A DNA stretch of 64,000 nucleotides, taken from Ranitomeya imitator (taxonomy: Eukaryota). Shown here in pieces: positions 21,869 through 34,295 of this stretch; position 1 is the stretch's first letter, and every line of letters starts with the position of its first letter. The translations under genes were made by a program, and so were the position numbers. The stretch is from positions 7,936,001 to 8,000,000 of the forward strand of contig NC_091285.1 in the NCBI RefSeq assembly GCF_032444005.1, given 5' to 3'. The notes beneath the pieces are model-generated. The model saw only the letters and a program-made list of their open reading frames with translations. It was not told the DNA's origin and made no database searches.

Positions 21869-24649
21869 ATGCTCGCAAACGCCAGAAGCCTGACAAACAA
21901 GATGGAAGAACTAGAAGCAGAAATATCTACAGGTAACTTTGACATAGTGGGAATAACCGAGACATGGTTAGATGAAAGCTATGACTGGGCAGTTAACTTA
22001 CAGGGTTACAGTCTGTTTAGAAAGGATCGTAAAAATCGGAGAGGAGGAGGGGTTTGTCTCTATGTAAAGTCTTGTCTAAAGTCCACTTTAAGGGAGGATA
22101 TTAGCGAAGGGAATGAAGATGTCGAGTCCATATGGGTTGAAATTCATGGAGGGAAAAATGGTAACAAAATTCTCATTGGGGTCTGTTACAAACCCCCAAA
22201 TATAACAGAAAGCATGGAAAGTCTACTTCTAAAGCAGATAGATGAAGCTGCAACCCATAATGAGGTCCTGGTTATGGGGGACTTTAACTACCCGGATATT
22301 AACTGGGAAACAGAAACCTGTGAAACCCATAAAGGCAACAGGTTTCTGCTAATAACCAAGAAAAATTATCTTTCACAATTGGTGCAGAATCCAACCAGAG
22401 GAGCAGCACTTTTAGACCTAATACTATCTAATAGACCTGACAGAATAACAAATCTGCAGGTGGTTGGGCATTTAGGAAATAGCGACCACAATATTGTGCA
22501 GTTTCACCTGTCTTTCACTAGGGGGACTTGTCAGGGAGTCACAAAAACATTGAACTTTAGGAAGGCAAAGTTTGAACAGCTTAGAGATGCCCTTAATCTG
22601 GTAGACTGGGACAATATCCTCAGAAATGAGAATACAGATAATAAATGGGAAATGTTTAAGAACATCCTAAATAGGCAGTGTAAGCGGTTTATACCTTGTG
22701 GGAATAAAAGGACTAGAAATAGGAAAAACCCAATGTGGCTAAACAAAGAAGTAAGACAGGCAATTAACAGTAAAAAGAAAGCATTTGCACTACTAAAGCA
22801 GGATGGCACCATTGAAGCTCTAAAAAACTATAGGGAGAAAAATACTTTATCTAAAAAACTAATTAAAGCTGCCAAAAAGGAAACAGAGAAGCACATTGCT
22901 AAGGAGAGTAAAACTAATCCCAAACTGTTCTTCAACTATATCAATAGTAAAAGAATAAAAACTGAAAATGTAGGCCCCTTAAAAAATAGTGAGGAAAGAA
23001 TGGTTGTAGATGACGAGGAAAAAGCTAACATATTAAACACCTTCTTCTCCACGGTATTCACGGTGGAAAATGAAATGCTAGGTGAAATCCCAAGAAACAA
23101 TGAAAACCCTATATTAAGGGTCACCAATCTAACCCAAGAAGAGGTGCGAAACCGGCTAAATAAGATTAAAATAGATAAATCTCCGGGTCCGGATGGCATA
23201 CACCCACGAGTACTAAGAGAACTAAGTAATGTAATAGATAAACCATTATTTCTTATTTTTAGTGACTCTATAGTGACAGGGTCTGTTCCGCAGGACTGGC
23301 GCATAGCAAATGTGGTGCCAATATTCAAAAAGGGCTCTAAAAGTGAACCTGGAAATTATAGGCCAGTAAGTCTAACCTCTATTGTTGGTAAAATATTTGA
23401 AGGGTTTCTGAGGGATCTTATTCTGGATTATCTCAATGAGAATAACTGTTTAACTCCATATCAGCATGGGTTTATGAGAAATCGCTCCTGTCAAACCAAT
23501 CTAATCAGTTTTTATGAAGAGGTAAGCTATAGACTGGACCACGGTGAGTCATTGGACGTGGTATATCTCGATTTTTCCAAAGCGTTTGATACCGTGCCGC
23601 ACAAGAGGTTGGTACACAAAATGAGAATGCTTGGTCTGGGGGAAAATGTGTGTAAATGGGTTAGTAACTGGCTTAGTGATAGAAAGCAGAGGGTGGTTAT
23701 AAATGGTATAGTCTCTAACTGGGTCGCTGTGACCAGTGGGGTACCGCAGGGGTCAGTATTGGGACCTGTTCTCTTCAACATATTCATTAATGATCTGGTA
23801 GAAGGTTTACACAGTAAAATATCGATATTTGCAGATGATACAAAACTATGTAAAGCAGTTAATACAAGAGAAGATAGTATTCTGCTACAGATGGATCTGG
23901 ATAAGTTGGAAACTTGGGCTGAAAGGTGGCAGATGAGGTTTAACAATGATAAATGTAAGGTTATACACATGGGAAGAGGGAATCAATATCACCATTACAC
24001 ACTGAACGGGAAACCACTGGGTAAATCTGACAGGGAGAAGGACTTGGGGATCCTAGTTAATGATAAACTTACCTGGAGCAGCCAGTGCCAGGCAGCAGCT
24101 GCCAAGGCAAACAGGATCATGGGGTGCATTAAAAGAGGTCTGGATACACATGATGAGAGCATTATACTGCCTCTGTACAAATCCCTAGTTAGACCGCACA
24201 TGGAGTACTGTGTCCAGTTTTGGGCACCGGTGCTCAGGAAGGATATAATGGAACTAGAGAGAGTACAAAGGAGGGCAACAAAATTAATAAAGGGGATGGG
24301 AGAACTACAATACCCAGATAGATTAGCGAAATTAGGATTATTTAGTCTAGAAAAAAGACGACTGAGGGGCGATCTAATAACCATGTATAAGTATATAAGG
24401 GGACAATACAAATATCTCGCTGAGGATCTGTTTATACCAAGGAAGGTGACGGGCACAAGGGGGCATTCTTTGCGTCTGGAGGAGAGAAGGTTTTTCCACC
24501 AACATAGAAGAGGATTCTTTACTGTTAGGGCAGTGAGAATCTGGAATTGCTTGCCTGAGGAGGTGGTGATGGCGAACTCAGTCGAGGGGTTCAAGAGAGG
24601 CCTGGATGTCTTCCTGGAGCAGAACAATATTGTATCATACAATTATTAG
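21869..24649 (+). CDS. CR1 ORF2 (apurinic-like endonuclease plus reverse transcriptase), 926 aa from the first ATG; the frame is open from 21635
   Basis: ANARSL, GITETW, GDFN, SDHN (endonuclease). KSPGPDGI, NYRPVSLTS, YLDFSKAFD, GVPQGSVLGP, FADDTK (RT). Confidence 0.96.
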   Translation: MLANARSLTNKMEELEAEISTGNFDIVGITETWLDESYDWAVNLQGYSLFRKDRKNRRGGGVCLYVKSCLKSTLREDISEGNEDVESIWVEIHGGKNGNKILIGVCYKPPNITESMESLLLKQIDEAATHNEVLVMGDFNYPDINWETETCETHKGNRFLLITKKNYLSQLVQNPTRGAALLDLILSNRPDRITNLQVVGHLGNSDHNIVQFHLSFTRGTCQGVTKTLNFRKAKFEQLRDALNLVDWDNILRNENTDNKWEMFKNILNRQCKRFIPCGNKRTRNRKNPMWLNKEVRQAINSKKKAFALLKQDGTIEALKNYREKNTLSKKLIKAAKKETEKHIAKESKTNPKLFFNYINSKRIKTENVGPLKNSEERMVVDDEEKANILNTFFSTVFTVENEMLGEIPRNNENPILRVTNLTQEEVRNRLNKIKIDKSPGPDGIHPRVLRELSNVIDKPLFLIFSDSIVTGSVPQDWRIANVVPIFKKGSKSEPGNYRPVSLTSIVGKIFEGFLRDLILDYLNENNCLTPYQHGFMRNRSCQTNLISFYEEVSYRLDHGESLDVVYLDFSKAFDTVPHKRLVHKMRMLGLGENVCKWVSNWLSDRKQRVVINGIVSNWVAVTSGVPQGSVLGPVLFNIFINDLVEGLHSKISIFADDTKLCKAVNTREDSILLQMDLDKLETWAERWQMRFNNDKCKVIHMGRGNQYHHYTLNGKPLGKSDREKDLGILVNDKLTWSSQCQAAAAKANRIMGCIKRGLDTHDESIILPLYKSLVRPHMEYCVQFWAPVLRKDIMELERVQRRATKLIKGMGELQYPDRLAKLGLFSLEKRRLRGDLITMYKYIRGQYKYLAEDLFIPRKVTGTRGHSLRLEERRFFHQHRRGFFTVRAVRIWNCLPEEVVMANSVEGFKRGLDVFLEQNNIVSYNY

Positions 24650-24762
24650 GTTCTGTAAAAGGACGTAGATCTGGGGATTTATTATGACGGAATATAGGCT
24701 GAACTGGATGGACAAATGTCTTTTTTCGGCCTTACTAACTATGTTACTATGTTACTATGTTA
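24650..24762 (+). other. CR1 3' UTR with conserved GGCTGAACTGGATGGAC...TTTTTTCGGCC segment and ACTATGTT x3 tail (24738-24761)
   Basis: Direct reading. Short tandem 8-mer tails are characteristic of CR1. Confidence 0.85.
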
Positions 24763-24877
24763 TGTATATACTGTACACTGCTGTATATACTGTACACTGC
24801 TGTATATACTGTACACTCTGCTGTATATACTGTACACACTGCTGTATATACTGCACACTCTGCTGTATATACTGTAC
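24763..24877. repeat. Minisatellite A, unit-2 copy (right remnant)
   Basis: It resumes after the CR1 tail and ends in the same flank as unit 1 (gtaccctctcctctattatc). Confidence 0.93.
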
Positions 24878-25881
24878 CCTCTCCTCTATTATCAGTGACA
24901 CTTATTACACTGCTGATCTGGGCTGTACAGATGTGATGTTGTGCACTATATATAGTATATACAGCTGTGTTCTCTGTGTAGACGCTGGACTTTGTGTCTC
25001 CGCTTTTCTCCCAATATTCCCCTTTTGCACAATAGTGGGGGTCACATAAATCCATTATTATTTCAGTTTTCTCCCCGGAGATGTTCATGTGTTTGGTTGG
25101 GGAGTCGCACGGTGCAGCTGTCGCCTTATTATCAGAGCTCTTCCCTCCATCACAGCCCGCAGCGGTCACAGCTTCACACTGGGTAAGACTCGATATCAGG
25201 CAGGTGATTGCAATCAGCCCCCGATGTGGATCATCCACTGATGTGGAACACGTGTCCCCCATACTCTGCACATACGGGGTACAGTGATATCACAGGTCAG
25301 GGAGGGGGCAGTCAGCGGAGGCCGTCGCCTGTGTTACCCTTCTGGGCTCTCAGCAGCTCCAGCTCGTCCCCACATCGTACAATCAGCTTCCTGTACGATA
25401 GACATTGGAGTAAAGATCCCTGTGATAGTGACAAGAGCCGGGGACAGGAGGAACGAGCTCCCGCAGCAGATTTATCTCCCCGGTACACAGTGATGTGCAG
25501 ATCGGGAGGACGGCGGCGATGATTCCGGGATTTCCTCTCCGCGATTTCTCGGCTTTTCTACTAGTGACGGCTACAAATGGCCGGTGGAGATGTTGGAGAA
25601 GGAGAAGCGATGGAGGAATCGCGCTCTGCTGTCCGGTGTTAGCCGGTAAAGGGCTTTTATCCCGGGCAGGGAAGCACAAGGGGAGAGCGGAGCTTCACCC
25701 GGACTCAGCTGGGAGGAGGCGGGGCCTGTGTCCAGTGTCAGCCAATAGATGCTCAGGACGGTGCAGCTCAGCAGCCAATCAGTGCGCAGTAAGCCTGTAC
25801 ATATAACAGGCGCCTCCAGCTCCGGCCTCAGTGTTCTCCTTCCATTCAGGAAATATTTTCGTTTTGTTTCCGCAGCACATG

Positions 25882-26526
25882 ATGGCAGAGACCGCGCCAG
25901 CCGCCGCTCCCCCTCCCGCAGAACCAGCCGCCAAATCCAAGAAGCAGCCGAAGAAATCCGCCGCCAAGAAAAGCAATAAACCCTCCGGCCCCAGCGTCTC
26001 CGAGCTGATCGTGAAAGCCGTGTCCGCCTCCAAAGAGCGCAGCGGGGTGTCCCTGGCCGCCCTGAAGAAGGCTCTGTCTGCCGGAGGGTACGATGTGGAG
26101 AAGAACAACAGCCGCCTGAAGCTGGCCGTCCGGGGTCTGGTCACCAAGGGCGCCCTCCTCCAGGTGAAGGGCAGCGGCGCCTCCGGCTCATTCAGGCTGA
26201 ACAAGAAGCAGGAGACCAAGGACAAAGTGGCCAAGAAGAAGCCGGCGGCTGCGGCCAAACCCAAGAAACCCGCTGCTGCCAAGAAAGCCGCCAAATCTCC
26301 GAAGAAGCCCAAGAAGGCTCCGACCGCGGCCTAGAAGAGCCCGAAAAAGGCCAAGAAGCCCGCAGCAGCTGCGGCCAAAAAAGCCAAGAGCCCCAAGAAG
26401 CCGAAGGCCGCTCCCAAGCCCAAGAAGGTGACGAAGAGTCCGGCTAAGAAGGCGGCGAAACCCAAAGCTGCCAAGAGTCCTGCTAAGAAGGCGGCTAAAG
26501 CCAAGAAGCCCGCGGCTAAGAAATAA
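25882..26526 (+). pseudogene. H1: H1 copy with premature stop (AAG>TAG at 26332-26334), predicting a 150-aa C-terminally truncated H1
   Basis: Unit 1 has CGGCCAAGAAG and unit 2 has CGGCCTAGAAG. The remaining frame continues to the original TAA at 26524. Confidence 0.8.
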
Positions 26527-26555
26527 GAGGAGCCGCCCTGTCCTCATACCACAAA

Positions 26556-26596
26556 GGCTCTTATCAGAGCCACCACCTCCTCCCCGCAGAGCTGTA
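26556..26596 (+). terminator. H1 (unit 2) stem-loop plus HDE
   Basis: GGCTCTTATCAGAGCC at 26556-26571, then AGAGCTGTA. Confidence 0.92.
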
Positions 26597-29500
26597 TGAT
26601 CAGTGCCACCACCTCCTCCCCGCAGAGCTGTATGATCAGAGCCACCACCTCCTCCCCGCAGAGCTGTATGATCAGAGCCACCTCCTCCCCGCAGAGCTGT
26701 ATGATCAGAGCCACCACCTCCTCCCCGCAGAGCTGTATGATCAGAGCCACCACCTCCTCCCCGCAGAGCTGTATGATCAGTGCCACCACCTCCTCCCCGC
26801 AGAGCTGTATGATCAGTGCCACCACCTTCTCCCCGCAGAGCTGTATGATCAGGGCCACCTCCTCCTCCCCGCAGAGCTGTATGATCAGTGCCACCACCTC
26901 CTCCCCGCAGAGCTGTTTGATCAAAGCCACCACCTCCTCCCTGCAGAGCTGTATGATCAGAGCCACCACCTCTTCCCCGCAGACCTGTATGATCAGAGCC
27001 ACCACCTCCTCCCCGCAGAGCTGTATGATCAGTGCCACCACCTCCTCCCCCCACAGCTGTATGATCAGAGCCACCACCTCCTCCCCGCAGAGCTGTATGA
27101 TCAGTGCCACCACCTCCTCCCCCCACAGCTGTATGATCAGAGCCACCACCTCCTCCTCCCCGCAGAGCTGTATGATCAGAGCCACCACCTCCTCACCGCA
27201 GAGCTGTATGATCAGAGCCACCACCTCCTCCCCGCAGAGCTGTATGATCAGTGCCACCACCTCCTCCCCGCAGAGCTGTATGATCAGAGCCACCACCTCC
27301 TCCCCGCAGAGCTGTATGATCAGTGCCACCACCTCCTCCCCGCAGAGCTGTATGATCAGTGCCACCACCTCCTCCCCGCAGAGCTGTATGATCAGTGCCA
27401 CCACCTCCTCCCCGCAGAGCTGTATGATCAGTGCCACCACCTCCTCCCCCCACAGCTGTATGATCAGAGCCACCACCTCCTCCCCGCAGAGCTGTATGAT
27501 CAGAGCCACCACCTCCTCCCCGCAGAGCTGTATGATCAGTGCCACCACCTCCTCCCCCCACAGCTGTATGATCAGTGCCACCACCTCCTCCCCGCAGAGC
27601 TGTATGATCAGAGCCACCACCTCCTCCCCGCAGAGCTGTATGATCAGTGCCACCACCTCCTCCCCCCACAGCTGTATGATCAGAGCCACCACCTCCTCCT
27701 CCCCGCAGAGCTGTATGATCAGAGCCACCACCTCCTCCCCGCAGAGCTGTATGATCAGTGCCACCACCTCCTCCCCGCAGAGCTGTATGATCAGTGCCAC
27801 CACCTCCTCCCCGCAGAGCTGTATGATCAGTGCCACCACCTCCTCCCCCCACAGCTGTATGATCAGAGACACCACCTCCTCCCTGCAGAGCTGTATGATC
27901 AGAGCCACCACCTCCTCCCCGCAGAGCTGTATGATCAGAGCCACCACCTCCTCCCCGCAGAGCTGTATGATCAGAGCCACCACCTCCTCCCCCCACAGCT
28001 GTATGATCAGAGCCACCACCTCCTCCCTGCAGAGCTGTATGATCAGAGCCACCACCTCTTCCCCGCAGACCTGTATGATCAGAGCCACCACCTCCTCCCC
28101 GCAGAGCTGTATGATCAGTGCCACCACCTCCTCCCCCCACAGCTGTATGATCAGAGCCACCACCTCCTCCTCCCCGCAGAGCTGTATGATCAGAGCCACC
28201 ACCTCCTCCCCGCAGAGCTGTATGATCAGTGCCACCACCTCCTCCCCGCAGAGCTGTATGATCAGAGCCACCACCTCCTCCCCGCAGAGCTGTATGATCA
28301 GTGCCACCACCTCCTCCCCGCAGAGCTGTATGATCAGAGCCACCACCTCCTCCCCGCAGAGCTGTATGATCAGTGCCACCACCTCCTCCCCGCAGAGCTG
28401 TATGATCAGTGCCACCACCTCCTCCCCGCAGAGCTGTATGATCAGTGCCACCACCTCCTCCCCGCAGAGCTGTATGATCAGTGCCACCACCTCCTCCCCG
28501 CAGAGCTGTATGATCAAAGCCACCACCTCCTCCCTGCAGAGCTGTATGATCAGAGCCACCACCTCTTCCCCGCAGACCTGTATGATCAGAGCCACCACCT
28601 CCTCCCCGCAGAGCTGTATGATCAGTGCCACCACCTCCTCCCCCCACAGCTGTATGATCAGAGCCACCACCTCCTCCCCGCAGAGCTGTATGATCAGTGC
28701 CACCACCTCCTCCCCCCACAGCTGTATGATCAGAGCCACCACCTCCTCCTCCCCGCAGAGCTGTATGATCAGAGCCACCACCTCCTCCCCGCAGAGCTGT
28801 ATGATCAGTGCCACCACCTCCCCGCAGAGCTGTATGATCAGAGCCACCACCTCCTCCCCGCAGAGCTGTATGATCAGTGCCACCACCTCCTCCCCGCAGA
28901 GCTGTATGATCAGAGCCACCACCTCCTCCCCGCAGAGCTGTATGATCAGTGCCACCACCTCCTCCCCGCAGAGCTGTATGATCAGTGCCACCACCTCCTC
29001 CCCGCAGAGCTGTATGATCAGTGCCACCACCTCCTCCCCGCAGAGCTGTATGATCAGTGCCACCACCTCCTCCCCCCACAGCTGTATGATCAGAGCCACC
29101 ACCTCCTCCCCGCAGAGCTGTATGATCAGAGCCACCACCTCCTCCCCGCAGAGCTGTATGATCAGTGCCACCACCTCCTCCCCCCACAGCTGTATGATCA
29201 GTGCCACCACCTCCTCCCCGCAGAGCTGTATGATCAGAGCCACCACCTCCTCCCCGCAGAGCTGTATGATCAGTGCCACCACCTCCTCCCCCCACAGCTG
29301 TATGATCAGAGCCACCACCTCCTCCTCCCCGCAGAGCTGTATGATCAGAGCCACCACCTCCTCCCCGCAGAGCTGTATGATCAGTGCCACCACCTCCTCC
29401 CCGCAGAGCTGTATGATCAGTGCCACCACCTCCTCCCCGCAGAGCTGTATGATCAGTGCCACCACCTCCTCCCCCCACAGCTGTATGATCAGAGACACCA

Positions 29501-32500
29501 CCTCCTCCCTGCAGAGCTGTATGATCAGAGCCACCACCTCCTCCCCGCAGAGCTGTATGATCAGAGCCACCACCTCCTCCCCGCAGAGCTGTATGATCAG
29601 AGCCACCACCTCCTCCCCCCACAGCTGTATGATCAGAGCCACCACCTCCTCCCTGCAGAGCTGTATGATCAGAGCCACCACCTCTTCCCCGCAGACCTGT
29701 ATGATCAGAGCCACCACCTCCTCCCCGCAGAGCTGTATGATCAGTGCCACCACCTCCTCCCCCCACAGCTGTATGATCAGAGCCACCACCTCCTCCTCCC
29801 CGCAGAGCTGTATGATCAGAGCCACCACCTCCTCCCCGCAGAGCTGTATGATCAGTGCCACCACCTCCTCCCCGCAGAGCTGTATGATCAGAGCCACCAC
29901 CTCCTCCCCGCAGAGCTGTATGATCAGAGCCACCACCTCCTCCTCCCCGCAGAGCTGTATGATCAGAGCCACCACCTCCTCCCCGCAGAGCTGTATGATC
30001 AGAGCCACCTCCTCCCCGCAGAGCTGTATGATCAGAGCCACCACCTCCTCCCCGCAGAGCTGTATGATCAGAGCCACCACCTCCTCCCCGCAGAGCTGTA
30101 TGATCAGTGCCACCACCTCCTCCCCGCAGAGCTGTATGATCAGTGCCACCACCTTCTCCCCGCAGAGCTGTATGATCAGAGCCACCTCCTCCTCCCCGCA
30201 GAGCTGTATGATCAGTGCCACCACCTCCTCCCCGCAGAGCTGTTTGATCAAAGCCACCACCTCCTCCCTGCAGAGCTGTATGATCAGAGCCACCACCTCT
30301 TCCCCGCAGACCTGTATGATCAGAGCCACCACCTCCTCCCCGCAGAGCTGTATGATCAGTGCCACCACCTCCTCCCCCCACAGCTGTATGATCAGAGCCA
30401 CCACCTCCTCCCCGCAGAGCTGTATGATCAGTGCCACCACCTCCTCCCCCCACAGCTGTATGATCAGAGCCACCACCTCCTCCTCCCCGCAGAGCTGTAT
30501 GATCAGAGCCACCACCTCCTCCCCGCAGAGCTGTATGATCAGTGCCACCACCTCCTCACCGCAGAGCTGTATGATCAGAGCCACCACCTCCTCCCCGCAG
30601 AGCTGTATGATCAGTGCCACCACCTCCTCCCCGCAGAGCTGTATGATCAGAGCCACCACCTCCTCCCCGCAGAGCTGTATGATCAGTGCCACCACCTCCT
30701 CCCCGCAGAGCTGTATGATCAGTGCCACCACCTCCTCCCCGCAGAGCTGTATGATCAGTGCCACCACCTCCTCCCCGCAGAGCTGTATGATCAGTGCCAC
30801 CACCTCCTCCCCCCACAGCTGTATGATCAGAGCCACCACCTCCTCCCCGCAGAGCTGTATGATCAGAGCCACCACCTCCTCCCCGCAGAGCTGTATGATC
30901 AGTGCCACCACCTCCTCCCCCCACAGCTGTATGATCAGTGCCACCACCTCCTCCCCGCAGAGCTGTATGATCAGAGCCACCACCTCCTCCCCGCAGAGCT
31001 GTATGATCAGTGCCACCACCTCCTCCCCCCACAGCTGTATGATCAGAGCCACCACCTCCTCCTCCCCGCAGAGCTGTATGATCAGAGCCACCACCTCCTC
31101 CCCGCAGAGCTGTATGATCAGTGCCACCACCTCCTCCCCGCAGAGCTGTATGATCAGTGCCACCACCTCCTCCCCGCAGAGCTGTATGATCAGTGCCACC
31201 ACCTCCTCCCCCCACAGCTGTATGATCAGAGACACCACCTCCTCCCTGCAGAGCTGTATGATCAGAGCCACCACCTCCTCCCCGCAGAGCTGTATGATCA
31301 GAGCCACCACCTCCTCCCCGCAGAGCTGTATGATCAGAGCCACCACCTCCTCCCCCCACAGCTGTATGATCAGAGCCACCACCTCCTCCCTGCAGAGCTG
31401 TATGATCAGAGCCACCACCTCTTCCCCGCAGACCTGTATGATCAGAGCCACCACCTCCTCCCCGCAGAGCTGTATGATCAGTGCCACCACCTCCTCCCCC
31501 CACAGCTGTATGATCAGAGCCACCACCTCCTCCTCCCCGCAGAGCTGTATGATCAGAGCCACCACCTCCTCCCCGCAGAGCTGTATGATCAGTGCCACCA
31601 CCTCCTCCCCGCAGAGCTGTATGATCAGAGCCACCACCTCCTCCCCGCAGAGCTGTATGATCAGTGCCACCACCTCCTCCCCGCAGAGCTGTATGATCAG
31701 AGCCACCACCTCCTCCCCGCAGAGCTGTATGATCAGTGCCACCACCTCCTCCCCGCAGAGCTGTATGATCAGTGCCACCACCTCCTCCCCGCAGAGCTGT
31801 ATGATCAGTGCCACCACCTCCTCCCCGCAGAGCTGTATGATCAGTGCCACCACCTCCTCCCCGCAGAGCTGTATGATCAAAGCCACCACCTCCTCCCTGC
31901 AGAGCTGTATGATCAGAGCCACCACCTCTTCCCCGCAGACCTGTATGATCAGAGCCACCACCTCCTCCCCGCAGAGCTGTATGATCAGTGCCACCACCTC
32001 CTCCCCCCACAGCTGTATGATCAGAGCCACCACCTCCTCCCCGCAGAGCTGTATGATCAGTGCCACCACCTCCTCCCCCCACAGCTGTATGATCAGAGCC
32101 ACCACCTCCTCCTCCCCGCAGAGCTGTATGATCAGAGCCACCACCTCCTCCCCGCAGAGCTGTATGATCAGTGCCACCACCTCCCCGCAGAGCTGTATGA
32201 TCAGAGCCACCACCTCCTCCCCGCAGAGCTGTATGATCAGTGCCACCACCTCCTCCCCGCAGAGCTGTATGATCAGAGCCACCACCTCCTCCCCGCAGAG
32301 CTGTATGATCAGTGCCACCACCTCCTCCCCGCAGAGCTGTATGATCAGTGCCACCACCTCCTCCCCGCAGAGCTGTATGATCAGTGCCACCACCTCCTCC
32401 CCGCAGAGCTGTATGATCAGTGCCACCACCTCCTCCCCCCACAGCTGTATGATCAGAGCCACCACCTCCTCCCCGCAGAGCTGTATGATCAGAGCCACCA

Positions 32501-34295
32501 CCTCCTCCCCGCAGAGCTGTATGATCAGTGCCACCACCTCCTCCCCCCACAGCTGTATGATCAGTGCCACCACCTCCTCCCCGCAGAGCTGTATGATCAG
32601 AGCCACCACCTCCTCCCCGCAGAGCTGTATGATCAGTGCCACCACCTCCTCCCCCCACAGCTGTATGATCAGAGCCACCACCTCCTCCTCCCCGCAGAGC
32701 TGTATGATCAGAGCCACCACCTCCTCCCCGCAGAGCTGTATGATCAGTGCCACCACCTCCTCCCCGCAGAGCTGTATGATCAGTGCCACCACCTCCTCCC
32801 CGCAGAGCTGTATGATCAGTGCCACCACCTCCTCCCCCCACAGCTGTATGATCAGAGACACCACCTCCTCCCTGCAGAGCTGTATGATCAGAGCCACCAC
32901 CTCCTCCCCGCAGAGCTGTATGATCAGAGCCACCACCTCCTCCCCGCAGAGCTGTATGATCAGAGCCACCACCTCCTCCCCCCACAGCTGTATGATCAGA
33001 GCCACCACCTCCTCCCTGCAGAGCTGTATGATCAGAGCCACCACCTCTTCCCCGCAGACCTGTATGATCAGAGCCACCACCTCCTCCCCGCAGAGCTGTA
33101 TGATCAGTGCCACCACCTCCTCCCCCCACAGCTGTATGATCAGAGCCACCACCTCCTCCTCCCCGCAGAGCTGTATGATCAGAGCCACCACCTCCTCCCC
33201 GCAGAGCTGTATGATCAGTGCCACCACCTCCTCCCCGCAGAGCTGTATGATCAGAGCCACCACCTCCTCCCCGCAGAGCTGTATGATCAGAGCCACCACC
33301 TCCTCCTCCCCGCAGAGCTGTATGATCAGAGCCACCACCTCCTCCCCGCAGAGCTGTATGATCAGTGCCACCACCTCCTCCCCGCAGAGCTGTATGATCA
33401 GTGCCACCACCTCCTCCCCGCAGAGCTGTATGATCAGTGCCACCACCTCCTCCCCCCACAGCTGTATGATCAGAGACACCACCTCCTCCCTGCAGAGCTG
33501 TATGATCAGAGCCACCACCTCCTCCCCGCAGAGCTGTATGATCAGAGCCACCACCTCCTCCCCGCAGAGCTGTATGATCAGAGCCACCACCTCCTCCCCG
33601 CAGAGCTGTATGATCAGAGCCACCACCTCCTCCCCCCACAGCTGTATGATCAGAGCCACCACCTCCTCCCTGCAGAGCTGTATGATCAGAGCCACCACCT
33701 CCTCCCCGCAGAGCTGTATGATCAGTGCCACCACCTCCTCCCTGCAGAGCTGTATGATCAGTGCCACCACCTCCTTTCTGCAGAGCTGTATGATCAGAGC
33801 CACCACCTCCTCCCCGCAGAGCTGTATGATCAGAGCCACCACCTCCTCCCCGCAGAGCTGTATGATCAGAGCCACCACCTCCTCCCCGCAGAGCTGTATG
33901 ATCAGTGCCACCACCTCCTCTCTGCAGAGCTGTATGATCAGAGCCACCACCTCCTCCCCGCAGAGCTGTATGATCAGTGCCACCTCCTCCCCGCAGAGCT
34001 GTATGATCAGAGCCACCACCTCCTCCCCGCAGAGCTGTATGATCAGTGCCACCTCCTCCCCGCAGAGCTGTATGATCAGAGCCACCTCCTCCTCCCCGCA
34101 GAGCTGTATGACCAGTGCCACCACCTCCTCTCTGCAGAGCTATATGATCAGTGCCACCACCTCCTCCCCGCAGAGCTGTATGATCAGAGCCACCACCTCC
34201 TCCCCGCAGAGCTGTATGATCAGAGCCACCACCTCCTCCCCGCAGAGCTGTATGATCAGTGCCACCACCTCCTCTCTGCAGAGCTATATGATCAG
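26563..34295 (+). repeat. Minisatellite B, unit-2 copy, about 7.7 kb (about 234 units) with nested higher-order repeats
   Basis: Same 33-bp unit and the same terminal flank ATCAG|TTCTGG. Confidence 0.95.

Larger units (their letters stand above)
20152..24762 (+). mobile_element. Full-length CR1-clade non-LTR retrotransposon with intact ORF1 and ORF2, (ACTATGTT)3 tail and probable TGTAT target-site duplication
   Basis: Esterase-type ORF1 ending RALN*, APE-RT ORF2, short 3' UTR and an 8-bp terminal repeat. TGTAT lies at 20147-20151 and 24763-24767, but a TSD inside a repeat is ambiguous. Confidence 0.93.
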
